Assembly (NCBI GenBank): GCA_038108555.1
Contig: JAYNIA010000003.1
Coordinates: 70,381 to 134,380, forward strand
From: Nitrospinota bacterium
GTDB taxonomy: Bacteria; Nitrospinota; Nitrospinia; Nitrospinales; VA-1
Direction: 5' to 3'
DNA: 64,000 bases
Position 1 is the stretch's first letter. Every line of letters begins with the position of its first letter. The position numbers were made by a program, and so were the translations under genes. This document shows, in pieces, positions 41,961-51,754 of this stretch. A model generated the notes under the pieces. The model searched no databases. It was not told the origin of the DNA and saw nothing but the letters and a program-made list of their open reading frames with translations.

Positions 41961-42030
41961 ATTCTCAATTGTCTCAAAAAATCTCATATTGATACTTTTT
42001 ATCTCATTTTGATACATTGTCTCATTTTTA
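41961..42030. promoter_or_regulatory. Putative enhancer (UAS) repeats for the NtrC-family activator
   Basis: Repeated TCTCA half sites, including ATCTCA-TAT-TGATAC and ATCTCA-TTT-TGATAC, about 100-160 bp upstream of the sigma54 promoter. Confidence 0.55.
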
Positions 42031-42123
42031 TTAAATTGTTATTCCGATAACCCAAACTTAAGAAAGCTAATAACCTTTTATAAAATAAAGGGTTTATTAT
42101 TTTTTCCCACATTTGTGGGGGTA

Positions 42124-42139
42124 TGGCATATATTATGCA
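42124..42139 (+). promoter_or_regulatory. Sigma54 promoter
   Basis: TGGCAT-ATATT-ATGCA; GG-N10-GC spacing. Confidence 0.75.
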
Positions 42140-42186
42140 ATTACATATTGTATATGTAATGCATGATATTCGGAAAGGTAAATAAA

Positions 42187-42429
42187 ATGACGACAGCAAC
42201 CATAAAAACTCAATCTCAAAACCCTGTCAAGCGGAGTGAAAAGGTAAGAAAAAAGTCTGGCAAAAAGGCTCCGGCCAAGAAATCTCCCTGGACAGCGGTA
42301 TTTATTTTCCTGATCTTTGCGGGTCTGGTGGCATATTTGTTCTCCCCGAACGTTCCAGACTCGCAAAGAGCGGGTTCTACAGGAAAAAATATATCTGAAG
42401 GTGGTTTTGTGGGCAGGTTGGCAAAATAA
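42187..42429 (+). CDS. Small membrane protein with basic N-terminus
   Basis: Lys-rich N-terminus, then TM (WTAVFIFLIFAGLVAYLF); first gene after the sigma54 promoter. Confidence 0.55.
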   Translation: MTTATIKTQSQNPVKRSEKVRKKSGKKAPAKKSPWTAVFIFLIFAGLVAYLFSPNVPDSQRAGSTGKNISEGGFVGRLAK

Positions 42430-42444
42430 AGAGCTTGATTTGCC

Positions 42445-42861
42445 ATGCCTGTTCAACCAAATGGGAAGATTGTTAAGGACTTCCAAAAAGGCGAAACCCT
42501 AATCTGCGAAGGTGATAGGAGCGATTGCGCTTATATCATGGAATCCGGGAGGGCAGAGGTTCTAAAAAGCCTCCCGAATGGCAGGAGCCAGGTGGTAGGT
42601 GTCCTTTCAGAAAACGATATTTTTGGGGAACTGGGTCTTATTGATGGATTTCCCAGATCGGCTACCGTAAAGGCTTTGGAGCCTTGCCGGGTTTCTGTTT
42701 TAACCCAGGAGGCTTTCAATTCCTTAGCAAAGCATAACCCTCAGGCGCTAATGCCCATATTAAAAATTTTAGCAAACCGTCTCCGGCAAACCCTGGTAAT
42801 ACTGGACGAATTAGAATCCAAAGAAAAAACTACAAAATCAATTCCTGTTGGTAGTCTGTAG
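42445..42861 (+). CDS. Stand-alone cyclic-nucleotide-binding domain protein (1)
   Basis: FGELGLIDGFPRSATVKA phosphate-binding cassette. Confidence 0.9.
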   Translation: MPVQPNGKIVKDFQKGETLICEGDRSDCAYIMESGRAEVLKSLPNGRSQVVGVLSENDIFGELGLIDGFPRSATVKALEPCRVSVLTQEAFNSLAKHNPQALMPILKILANRLRQTLVILDELESKEKTTKSIPVGSL

Positions 42862-42964
42862 CGATACATAATTCATTCCATAAGATCTTCATTGCTCGTC
42901 TTGCGGGGACAGGCCACTTGACGAAAAAATTTAGCCAAATTCAATTCATGTTTTTCATAAGGAT

Positions 42965-43369
42965 GTGAATAAGATGAAAACTAACAATTATAAAAAAGGC
43001 GAAGTTATTATTAAGGAAGGTTCTCTTAGTACCGGGGCTTTTATCATAGAATCTGGACGCGTAGAAGTTTCAAAAAATTTACCGAATGGAAAATCCCAAG
43101 TAATATCCATCCTTGATAAAAATGATATTTTTGGAGAGATGGGTTTGATCGATCAATTGCCAAGGTCAGCAACGGTCAGGGCTCTGGAAGACAGTTCTAT
43201 TTCTATTATGACGCCAGACAATTTTAATTTACTTGCAAAAAGAAATCCCCAGGCACTGATGCCCATTTTAAAGGTATTGGCTACACGCTTGAGAAGCACA
43301 CTCAAAATCCTGGAAGAAATAGACGAAAAGGAATCCCAAAATCAAGCGGCGGTAGCGGGAAGTATTTAG
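42965..43369 (+). CDS. Stand-alone cyclic-nucleotide-binding domain protein (2)
   Basis: FGEMGLIDQLPRSATVRA. Confidence 0.9.
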   Translation: MNKMKTNNYKKGEVIIKEGSLSTGAFIIESGRVEVSKNLPNGKSQVISILDKNDIFGEMGLIDQLPRSATVRALEDSSISIMTPDNFNLLAKRNPQALMPILKVLATRLRSTLKILEEIDEKESQNQAAVAGSI

Positions 43370-43394
43370 TTAAATTATCAAATAAGTTTTAACC

Positions 43395-43443
43395 AAAAAA
43401 ACCTGAGCCGGCACGGATAAGTGCCGGTTTTTCAGGTTTTTTT
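43395..43443 (+). terminator. Intrinsic terminator
   Basis: AAAAAAACCTGA-GCCGGCAC-loop-GTGCCGG...TCAGGTTTTTTT. Confidence 0.65.
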
Positions 43444-43554
43444 GTTTTTTTACCATCTAAGGGAATATTGATTTTTCCAAGTTAAAGTAATAGACTGAGA
43501 AGAATCTTGGAAAAGAAAGAATGGATCGTTTTTCCGATATTTATTTCAAAATAG

Positions 43555-43956
43555 TTGAGGGTTATGAAAACGAGATATTACAAAAAAGGTGATGAAATAA
43601 TAAAAGAAGGCATGTTGAGCGATTGTGCCTACATCATCGAATCAGGGCGGGTGGAAGTTTCCAAGCAAAAGCCGAATGGTGAAAAACAGAGCATAGGAAT
43701 TTTGCAGGAAAATGACATTTTTGGTGAAATGGGATTGATAGATGGCCTGCCCCGCTCGGCCAGTGTAGTAGCTTTAGAGGATTGCTCTATCTCCATCATG
43801 ACCCAGGAAGCTTTTAATTCTCTGGCCCAGCATAATGCTCAAGCTCTGATGCCCATTCTCAAAGTTCTGGCAAAGCGCCTACGTTCTACCCTCCGATTGG
43901 TGGAAGATTTGCAGGACGGCAAAAACCCCCCCTCTTCCATTGGTGAAAACGTCTAA
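43555..43956 (+). CDS. Stand-alone cyclic-nucleotide-binding domain protein (3)
   Basis: FGEMGLIDGLPRSASVVA. Confidence 0.9.
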   Translation: MRVMKTRYYKKGDEIIKEGMLSDCAYIIESGRVEVSKQKPNGEKQSIGILQENDIFGEMGLIDGLPRSASVVALEDCSISIMTQEAFNSLAQHNAQALMPILKVLAKRLRSTLRLVEDLQDGKNPPSSIGENV

Positions 43957-44085
43957 ATTTCACCTTTGTTTTACTCTCACCCCTTTAGTTTTTTGCTCCA
44001 GTATTTGCAAGCTTGCAGTGGAGAACAAAGGTGGTGTAAGCTGAAACATCCAGGTTGTTCCTTAAACTAAACTTTTTAAATTATT

Positions 44086-45357
44086 ATGGTTTCAGAGTTA
44101 TTGTCTCCTGCCGGGAGTCCTGAAAAATTAAAATATGCTTTTGCCTATGGTGCCGATGCGGTCTATGCGGGGATTCCAAAGTTTTCCCTCCGGGCCAAGG
44201 AAAATCCTTTTAAAGATCACCTCTTAAAAGAAGCGATTGACTACACCCATAAATTGGGAAAAAAAATTTTTATAACAGCCAATATTCTTCCTCCCAATAG
44301 AAAAATTGAATCGTTTAAAAAATCTTTAGCTCAACATGCTGAGATGGGACCGGATGCTTTTATCATGGCGGATCCTGGAATGATTCAATTCGCCTTGAAA
44401 GAGTTTCCTGAAATTCCTGTTCATTTGTCGGTGCAAACAAACACCATTAACTGGTCCTCGGTCGAGTTCTGGCACAACCTGGGCGTGAAACGGATTATTC
44501 TTTCGCGTGAATTATCCCTTGAGGAAATCAGTGAGATTCATGAAAAAGTTCCTGGAATCGAGTTGGAATCTTTCGTACATGGTGCCATTTGCATTGCATA
44601 TTCCGGCCGTTGTTTATTATCGAATTATTTTAACCATCGTGATGCCAATCAGGGAACCTGCACCAATAGCTGTCGCTGGGAGTACGATATTCATGAGGAA
44701 AAAGGCAATGATATGGAGGAATACCAGCCTCTTAAAGGGCAATATGCCATTGAAGAAAAGCAAAGGGATGGAGAGTTAATGCCAATTGAAGAGGATGAGC
44801 ATGGAACCTATATCATGAATTCGAAAGACCTTCGGGCCATCGAGTTTCTGGGTCCTTTAAAAAAAGCGGGTGTTGTTTCTTTTAAAATTGAAGGCCGGTC
44901 CAAATCAATTTATTACCTTTCTTTGGTGACTCGAGCTTATCGACAAGCTATTGATGACTTGGAGAACAATCGGAAATTTAATCCTGGTTTGATTGCCGAA
45001 ATTGGAAAGACGGCCAATCGGGGTTTCACTTCGGCTTTTTTAATTTCAGCGGCAAACCGTGAAACAGAAAGGTTCGACTCCCCCCAGGAAATAAATCAGC
45101 CGCAGATTTTTGGAGGTCAGGTGGTTAATGAGCGTTCCGGATGGATGGAGGTCGATGTCAGAAACAGAATCGAGTTAGGCGATGAGGCTGAATGCCTTTC
45201 CCCGGGCGGACAATACAAATTTAAAATAAATGCTATGGAGTCGAAAGCAGGGGAGAAAATTTCTGTGGCACATGGAGGAAATGGAACGGTTTGGGTTCAG
45301 GCAGAGGGCCCGGTAGAACCCTATTCGTTACTGAGTCTTTTTAAAAATTCTTCCTGA
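44086..45357 (+). CDS. trhP: U32-family tRNA hydroxylation protein (TrhP/YegQ)
   Basis: ELLSPAG, YGADAVYAG, HLSVQ, FVHGAICIAYSGRCLLS, RDANQGTCTNSCRW, KIEGRSKS. Confidence 0.85.
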   Translation: MVSELLSPAGSPEKLKYAFAYGADAVYAGIPKFSLRAKENPFKDHLLKEAIDYTHKLGKKIFITANILPPNRKIESFKKSLAQHAEMGPDAFIMADPGMIQFALKEFPEIPVHLSVQTNTINWSSVEFWHNLGVKRIILSRELSLEEISEIHEKVPGIELESFVHGAICIAYSGRCLLSNYFNHRDANQGTCTNSCRWEYDIHEEKGNDMEEYQPLKGQYAIEEKQRDGELMPIEEDEHGTYIMNSKDLRAIEFLGPLKKAGVVSFKIEGRSKSIYYLSLVTRAYRQAIDDLENNRKFNPGLIAEIGKTANRGFTSAFLISAANRETERFDSPQEINQPQIFGGQVVNERSGWMEVDVRNRIELGDEAECLSPGGQYKFKINAMESKAGEKISVAHGGNGTVWVQAEGPVEPYSLLSLFKNSS

Positions 45358-45403
45358 TAACGTAGTATGTTGAAATGAGATATTACTCAGGGATGTTTTA
45401 ATT

Positions 45404-45577
45404 CTAGTCATTTTTTGCGGAATTTGCCCAGGAAATTGTAAGCACGACTCCGACGATCAAAATTACCAAAACCCAATCTGTGAAGGTGCTAATCCTGTAA
45501 TCAAAAATATCCTTTGCGAGTGTGCCATCAAATGCTATGGCAAATAAAATAAAAACAAATAATATTAAAAATTTCAT
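45404..45577 (-). CDS. Small two-TM membrane protein (57 aa), below the ORF track cutoff
   Basis: Manual translation MKFLILFVFILFAIAFDGTLAKDIFDYRISTFTDWVLVILIVGVVLTISWANSAKND; AGGGA upstream; fills the trhP-hpnH gap. Confidence 0.5.
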   Translation of the reverse strand: MKFLILFVFILFAIAFDGTLAKDIFDYRISTFTDWVLVILIVGVVLTISWANSAKND

Positions 45578-45745
45578 CAAAGATTAATTTCCCTGGAATT
45601 TTTTGACCCTTCGATGGGAGATTTTACACCAAATAATTGCTTAGTCTATTGATTGCAAAGGATAAATTTCTTTGCTCTCCATTTGAAGCATCTTATAATG
45701 GTCATTTTAAGATTGTATTTTCAACCGTTAATCTAAAAATAAATT

Positions 45746-46753
45746 ATGCCGGTTCCCGTTTTTCAAGCATTTAAAATAGGCTCATATATTTTCAGGCAAA
45801 AAATGAAAGGTAAAAAGCGTTATCCTTTAGTGATGATGCTGGAGCCTTTATTCCGTTGCAACCTGGAATGCATTGGGTGTGGAAAAATTCAAAAACCCAA
45901 TGAAATTCTGAAACAAAATATGAGCCCCGAACAATGCTTTAAGGCAGCAAAAGAATGTGGGGCTCCTGTAGTTTCCATTGCCGGAGGCGAGCCTTTAATG
46001 CATCCGCAGATTGTGGAAATAGTCGAGGGTCTGATTGCTCAAAAAAGATTTATTTACCTGTGCACAAATGCCATTTTGTTAAAGGAGCATTTAGACCTGT
46101 TGCCCGTAAGCCCTTATCTCACCCTTTCCATCCATCTGGATGGTATGGAAGAAGACCATGACCGAGTGGTAGATCAGGAAGGTACATTTAAACTGGCTAC
46201 AGAAGCGGTTCGGGAAGCCAAGAAAAGAGGTTTCCGAGTTACCAGTGCAACCACCTTTTTTGAGGATACTACGATAGAAAAAGCGGAAGAGTTTCTGGAC
46301 TTCTTGAAACCTCTTGGGGTGGATGGAATTACGATGGCCTCTGCTTTCAGATACCCTGATGCTCCCGACCAGGACCATTTTTTTGGCAGAAGAAAAACGT
46401 TTGAATTTTTCGATAAGCTTCTGGAAAAAAACAAAAACGGTCGATGGGATATCAATCACTCCCCACTATACCTTGAGTTTTTAAGAGGAAAGAGGGATTA
46501 CTCATGTACCCCCTGGGGTAATCCAAACTACTCGGTGCTGGGTTGGCAAAAACCCTGCTATTTACTCGATGAAGGTTATGCGGAAACATTTAAGGAGTTG
46601 ATGGAAACTACGGAATGGGAAAACTACGGCCACGAAAATAATAAAAAGTGTGCGGACTGCACGGCCCATTGTGGATATGAACCCACCGCCGTAGATGAAG
46701 CAACCTCCACCATTCGAGGTATGTTCGACTCCGCCAAAATGGTATTTCAATAG
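45746..46753 (+). CDS. hpnH: Adenosyl-hopene transferase (radical SAM, hopanoid synthesis)
   Basis: YPLVMMLEPLFRCNLECIGCGKI, SIAGGEPL, CTPWGNP, GWQKPCYLL, CADCTAHCGYE. Confidence 0.92.
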   Translation: MPVPVFQAFKIGSYIFRQKMKGKKRYPLVMMLEPLFRCNLECIGCGKIQKPNEILKQNMSPEQCFKAAKECGAPVVSIAGGEPLMHPQIVEIVEGLIAQKRFIYLCTNAILLKEHLDLLPVSPYLTLSIHLDGMEEDHDRVVDQEGTFKLATEAVREAKKRGFRVTSATTFFEDTTIEKAEEFLDFLKPLGVDGITMASAFRYPDAPDQDHFFGRRKTFEFFDKLLEKNKNGRWDINHSPLYLEFLRGKRDYSCTPWGNPNYSVLGWQKPCYLLDEGYAETFKELMETTEWENYGHENNKKCADCTAHCGYEPTAVDEATSTIRGMFDSAKMVFQ

Positions 46754-46754
46754 G

Positions 46755-47219
46755 CTAGTTTTGGTCTAGAGACTCCGGCAGGACGGTTTCGGCGTTTGTT
46801 ATTGCGTCTTTCAATTGTTCCGGGGTAATTCCTTCCGCCATTTTCAGGTTGGCCCCCTCCAGCAATGTGTTTTCCAGTTCGGCTTGCATTAAATCTGCCC
46901 GCACTAGATTGGTATTTTTCAAATTGCTGTTTTTCAGATTGGCCCACCTTAGATTTGCTCCCCGTAAGTTTGCGCCTTCCAGGTTGGTATTTTCAAGATT
47001 GGCGTTTTTAAAATACGCACCGTAAAGATAGGCTCCTTCAAGATTGGCATCTTTCAGGTTGGCTCCAATTAAAACAGCCCCTCTCAATTTGCAGTTTTTT
47101 AAGTCTGCATATTTACCTTCGTTACCCTTCGAATCAAGCCATTTTTTATGGTCGGAAAGGATAATTTTTAGTTCGGCGGCTGAGATTGCTTCGGAAGAAT
47201 CGGAAGTTTGATCGTTCAT
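46755..47219 (-). CDS. Pentapeptide repeat protein
   Basis: HKKWL..G..ADL N-cap and tandem ANLxx repeats. Confidence 0.9.
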   Translation of the reverse strand: MNDQTSDSSEAISAAELKIILSDHKKWLDSKGNEGKYADLKNCKLRGAVLIGANLKDANLEGAYLYGAYFKNANLENTNLEGANLRGANLRWANLKNSNLKNTNLVRADLMQAELENTLLEGANLKMAEGITPEQLKDAITNAETVLPESLDQN

Positions 47220-47270
47220 CCGGGTATTGTACCTTCAAGACAATACCGGAAGCAAGCCTTCTGGATGGGA

Positions 47271-48116
47271 TTAGGAAGCTATGACCTGATCGTAAAGTTT
47301 TTTAAATCTTTTATTATTGGGATCGACCTGCAACGCTTTTTCTAAAGATAATTTTGCAGATTTTTTATTTTTAGCTTTAAGGTGTGTTGTGGCGAGCTGA
47401 TAGTAGGCTTCAAGGTAAAGCGGATTTACCTGGAGCGAGCTTTGAAAAGCCTGAACCGCTTTTTCAGTATTTCCCATGGTTTTGTAAAGAACACCCAGGT
47501 TGAATTGGGTGAGCATTCCATTGGTATTTAACTTCAGGGATTTTAATAGAGTGGTTTCGGCTTTTTCGAATTCCCCGGTGACCCGGTAACTGTCCCCCAG
47601 GTTATTCAAGAAGGTGGTATTCCCCGGTTCAAATGTAATTGCCTTTTTATAATATTCAATGGCTTTATCCAGTTTTTTTTCTGACTTATAAATATTTCCA
47701 ATATTGTTTAAGGCTTTTCCATCATTGTCATCGTTTTTTAAACTGACTGCTTTTTCCCAATCCATCAAGGCCTGATCTTTGTTTCCAGAGGTGTAATGGA
47801 CCATTCCCAGATTGATATAGGCCTGTGTATCCATGGGATCGAGAGAGATGGCTTTTTCAAAATTGACTTCTGCTTCATCATGACGACTCATTCCAAACAA
47901 AAGGAGTCCTTTTTTCCGATATATTTTTGAGTTTTCAGGATTGAACTTAATGGCCAAGTCGAATTCCTCAATCGCATTTTTAAAAAGGTTTAATTGAGCA
48001 AACTCCAGACCCAATTTGTAATGCGATTCAGATTCTTTAATATCAATTTTAGATTGACCGGATGAGCAAGCAGAGAAAAATGAAATGATTAAAGCGAAGA
48101 AAATAAAGTTTCTCAT
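47271..48116 (-). CDS. TPR lipoprotein
   Basis: Lipobox FSAC; multiple TPRs (AYINLG, ALNNIG, LNNLG). Confidence 0.85.
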   Translation of the reverse strand: MRNFIFFALIISFFSACSSGQSKIDIKESESHYKLGLEFAQLNLFKNAIEEFDLAIKFNPENSKIYRKKGLLLFGMSRHDEAEVNFEKAISLDPMDTQAYINLGMVHYTSGNKDQALMDWEKAVSLKNDDNDGKALNNIGNIYKSEKKLDKAIEYYKKAITFEPGNTTFLNNLGDSYRVTGEFEKAETTLLKSLKLNTNGMLTQFNLGVLYKTMGNTEKAVQAFQSSLQVNPLYLEAYYQLATTHLKAKNKKSAKLSLEKALQVDPNNKRFKKLYDQVIAS

Positions 48117-48149
48117 AGTTCAGATCCTTTGAACAATAAGTAGGGTAAG

Positions 48150-48182
48150 AAAAAAGGGGCCAACCATTCCTGGCTGGCCCCT
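48150..48182 (-). terminator. Intrinsic terminator after the secreted paralog pair
   Basis: Minus strand AGGGGCCAGCCA-loop-TGGTTGGCCCC followed by a T tract. Confidence 0.65.
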
Positions 48183-48202
48183 GGAAAAAACTAATGGTTT
48201 TA

Positions 48203-48883
48203 CTAGTTAATTCCACGTACAGGGCGAGCAACTTCTTGCCCTGATAGCTGGTTCTGACCTAAGGTGGAATTAATGGTAGTCAAGTTACCACCCAGGGTAG
48301 AGTCTTGGGCGTCACCAACAAATTCCATAGCAAAACCTGTTCCTGATGATTCAATGAAGACAATCCCCCAAATGCTGAGCTGCGCGAGATTGTCAAATTT
48401 ATGCGTACTTCCAACAGTGACGAAGCGGCTTGCAGCTGCAGCTTCAGCACGTTCGCTCAGTGCAGTTACACGAATGGCACCGAACTGTGCTGAATCAACC
48501 GTTGGAATCAAATGAGTTCGAGAATCTGTAAACGAACTATTTGAAGTGTTGATTGTGGAGTGACTTTGATTCACTACAAATACCCGATGGGTTTCACCGG
48601 CATCAACAGTAAAAATTGCTACACGACCCGCTGTATTGTTTACAGTAGTGGTCATGTCAATAACTTCCAGGGCTACACCAATTTGTGTCAATGCAGTATC
48701 CAGAGAAGGATGACTGACACCAATGAAGGTATAACTGTCATTGGGTACAGCCTGGGCATAGGGTGAATAAGCCAAACGAGAGCTGTGCCGGGTATCTGGC
48801 GCTGTCGTTTGTGCTTGCACTGATTGGGTGAACGCAATCATCCCAAAAAGCAAAAGCAACATTATTTTATTAAACTGTTTCAT
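48203..48883 (-). CDS. Secreted beta-rich protein of unknown function (paralog B)
   Basis: Signal peptide (VQA); shares SPY..SYTFI.VSH.SL..QIGV and WG.V..E...TGFAMEF.GD..DS with its neighbour. Confidence 0.8.
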   Translation of the reverse strand: MKQFNKIMLLLLFGMIAFTQSVQAQTTAPDTRHSSRLAYSPYAQAVPNDSYTFIGVSHPSLDTALTQIGVALEVIDMTTTVNNTAGRVAIFTVDAGETHRVFVVNQSHSTINTSNSSFTDSRTHLIPTVDSAQFGAIRVTALSERAEAAAASRFVTVGSTHKFDNLAQLSIWGIVFIESSGTGFAMEFVGDAQDSTLGGNLTTINSTLGQNQLSGQEVARPVRGIN

Positions 48884-48936
48884 GGATCTATCTCCTAATT
48901 GGAATATTCATTCATTAATGGAATTTTGAGTAAACA

Positions 48937-49566
48937 CTACGGTGCTGCCGGTCCAGATACACTTGCTGCCGCACCAACAAATACCGGAGCTGCTGCTGAA
49001 TCGACCATGTCGCCAATGAATTCCATGGCGAAACCGGTTGTGTTTTGCTCTACAACCACCGCACCCCAAAAAGACAACATAGTTGCATCACGGAAACCTG
49101 CACCGGTGGTACCTTGATCCAATCTTAATGTGGTTGAGCCTTGGTCACCAATAACCGTGGTGGGTGAAGTTGCAATGGGATCAATACGAATATGCCCATG
49201 CTCAAAGTTGGTGGTTCCTGTAATGAATTGTCCCGTCGGAATACTCGTTGGGTTAATAGTAGCGTGATTTGTTCTCGCAATGAATATTCTCTCGGTATTT
49301 CCAGATTCGATGGTAAAAGATACTGCTGTTCCAAAAGCAGATTGATCATTTGTAATTGCATTGATGGTTACACCTATTTGCGAGGCCATACCAGAAAGCG
49401 AGGTGTGACTGACTGCAATAAATGTATATGAACCAGAATCTGACTGCCAGTAAGGAGAAACAATCCTGGAACTGTTTTCTACAGCAAAAGCGTTTCCTGC
49501 CAAGAGGGCAAGAAAAGCCAATATTGCGACCATATTTGGAACTCGCTTTATCAGCTTAGTTTTCAT
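48937..49566 (-). CDS. Secreted beta-rich protein of unknown function (paralog A)
   Basis: Signal peptide (AFA); same shared motifs; strong AGGAGAG RBS. Confidence 0.8.
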   Translation of the reverse strand: MKTKLIKRVPNMVAILAFLALLAGNAFAVENSSRIVSPYWQSDSGSYTFIAVSHTSLSGMASQIGVTINAITNDQSAFGTAVSFTIESGNTERIFIARTNHATINPTSIPTGQFITGTTNFEHGHIRIDPIATSPTTVIGDQGSTTLRLDQGTTGAGFRDATMLSFWGAVVVEQNTTGFAMEFIGDMVDSAAAPVFVGAAASVSGPAAP

Positions 49567-50060
49567 TATACTTCTCTCCTATATATATGCTTCAAAATGA
49601 AATTGATATCTAGTTTGGTTGAATCTGTGGAACATTATTTTTTCCAGGCACCTCCTTATTGTTATTAAGTTCAAATTTCTATATTGATCATGAGGTAGTC
49701 AAAAATGCTCTATCTCATTGAGTATTATAGCATATTGGCTTTTCCATGCTTTTTCGAAATTCCATTTTCAAGTCCTTTAAAAAGCTAAAAATAGCCATAA
49801 CCCATTAAAAATAATAGGTTTTTTAGCTTCCCTACCCAAGGGGATCACGTGCTAAATTTGGAGCAATACTTTACATAGCTTGTATCGGACGCAGGCATGC
49901 AATTCTTTAGAATTATTTTCACAAAAATGGACAAAATTAGTCAGGCCTTTGAAACAACATAACCTATTGAGAATGAAGACCTTATTTGCTATAATCCGGA
50001 AATGCTCACGAAATTTTTATGCTTTTTACCTGAAAGATCGGTCCTTTTCGGGGAGGAATT

Positions 50061-50840
50061 ATGAGGTTCTTAATTTGGAAAGTGCCTGTAATCGTTCTAC
50101 TGGTAAGTTTTCCGCTTTTTGGTTGTGCAACTTCGGGTGGTGTGGATTCCCTGGTAGAGAAGAAGGAGCTTGCCCAGAAGAAGTATAGAGAAGCGCTTCA
50201 GTTTGGATCTTTGAACCAAAAAAGTAAAATGTTGAAGGCTCTAAATGAAGCTATTGAGCTTGACCCAAACGATGCCAATTTTCATTTTTATCTTGGGCAG
50301 TCCTATTTCGTAGAAGGAGATTTCGAAAGGGCGGAATCAGAATTTTTAAAAAGTATCCACTTAAACAATGGGTTAAGAGATGCCTATGAACAACTTGGGC
50401 AAATTAGCATGAGGAAAAAGGAATGGAAAAAGGCCATTGCAAATTTTAATAAAACCTTGTCCCTTCCCGGAACTCGTAATCCTTTACAAATATATAATTG
50501 GCTAGCTCTGAGTCATTATAATCTGGGTGAAAACGAACAGGCTGAAGTTGAATGGAAAAAGGCGCTTCAAATAAAAGAAAATGCTGCTATTCGTCTCAAT
50601 CTAGGCCTGGCTTATATAGATAAATCCAAATTTGAATTAGCAAAAGATTCTCTGGAAATGGCAATCCAGCTCCAGCCCCGGTTTGCACAGGCGCATTTTG
50701 AGTTGGCCCAACTCTATATCCGGGAAAATAAAAAGGAAAAAGCCAAGGAACATTTTAAAAACACGATTCTATATTCTCCAAGGAGCGCATTCGCAATGCA
50801 GTCCAAGGAATATCTGGAAAAAATTGACCTGAGAAAATAG
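50061..50840 (+). CDS. TPR lipoprotein, PilF/PilW-like pilotin
   Basis: Lipobox LFGC; TPRs; upstream of rodZ and pil genes. Confidence 0.65.
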   Translation: MRFLIWKVPVIVLLVSFPLFGCATSGGVDSLVEKKELAQKKYREALQFGSLNQKSKMLKALNEAIELDPNDANFHFYLGQSYFVEGDFERAESEFLKSIHLNNGLRDAYEQLGQISMRKKEWKKAIANFNKTLSLPGTRNPLQIYNWLALSHYNLGENEQAEVEWKKALQIKENAAIRLNLGLAYIDKSKFELAKDSLEMAIQLQPRFAQAHFELAQLYIRENKKEKAKEHFKNTILYSPRSAFAMQSKEYLEKIDLRK

Positions 50841-50848
50841 TTAGGGCT

Positions 50849-51751
50849 ATGGTAGAAAATTTCGGATCCTATTTAAAACATGAAAGGGAATTACGGGGAG
50901 TTCCTTTGGAGGAGATATCCGGGGCTACCAAGATTCATATCCGATTCCTGCAGGCTTTAGAAGACAACCGGTTTGACGATTTACCGGGGGAAGTGTTTAT
51001 CAAAGGCTATATCCGGTCTTATGCAGATACTATTGGTTCGGATGTGGAAGAAGTTTTGAATATTTATGAGGAATCCGTTGGAGTCAAGTCTCAAAAAAAT
51101 GATACTCCTTCAGAATCTCAACCGAATGTATCCGCTAAAAAGTTCCTGGGTATGGCGTTGGGGGGACTTTTATTAATAGCCCTGGGTTTTGGAATCAAGT
51201 TTTTAATTTTGGATGAAAATAATACAAAGCCGGAAAAAGTAAGTAAGCCGTCTATGCAACCCAGCTCAGCGGTTAAGAAAGAGATAGCTCCAAAAATAGA
51301 AGAAGAGCCTATTAAAGAAGTGATTGTAGAAAAGACTGTGCTTCCAACCGAGACAACTGTTAAAGAAGAAAAAGAAGTAGCGGCGGTTTCTGAAGAGGAA
51401 AAGAAAACAGAATCTGTGGAACCGGAAACGGAAATTCAAAAGCAGGAAGCTAGCTCGACGCCAAAAGAAGAAGCAGGCTCAGAGGGCATAGAAAATCCTA
51501 AGCCCTTAAAGCTTACCATAAAAGTTGAAAACGATTCATGGTTCAATTTAACCATTGATGATTTCCGAGAGGAAGATTTTATATTGCAGGCAGGTGAAGT
51601 AAAAAGCTATTGGGGAAATGAAGTTTTTCGGTTAACCATTGGTAACAAAAATGGGACAGAAATAATTTTGAATGAAAAGAGCTTGGTTCTTCCGGAAGGA
51701 AAGGAAAACGTCATAAAAGATTTTATTATTAACACTAAATTAATCGAGTGA
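50849..51751 (+). CDS. rodZ: RodZ-like cell shape protein
   Basis: N-terminal HTH (FGSYLKHERE..LPGEVFIKGYIRSYA), TM, C-terminal DUF4115-like domain. Confidence 0.8.
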   Translation: MVENFGSYLKHERELRGVPLEEISGATKIHIRFLQALEDNRFDDLPGEVFIKGYIRSYADTIGSDVEEVLNIYEESVGVKSQKNDTPSESQPNVSAKKFLGMALGGLLLIALGFGIKFLILDENNTKPEKVSKPSMQPSSAVKKEIAPKIEEEPIKEVIVEKTVLPTETTVKEEKEVAAVSEEEKKTESVEPETEIQKQEASSTPKEEAGSEGIENPKPLKLTIKVENDSWFNLTIDDFREEDFILQAGEVKSYWGNEVFRLTIGNKNGTEIILNEKSLVLPEGKENVIKDFIINTKLIE

Positions 51752-51754
51752 GCC

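Noticed and set aside
42445..43956. Pycsar/CBASS-type defence system
   Set aside because: No cyclase and no TIR/TM effector fused to the cNMP domains; context is sigma54 signalling.
46755..47219. Qnr-like gyrase protection protein
   Set aside because: Generic short pentapeptide repeat, not linked to gyrA/B; no specific evidence.
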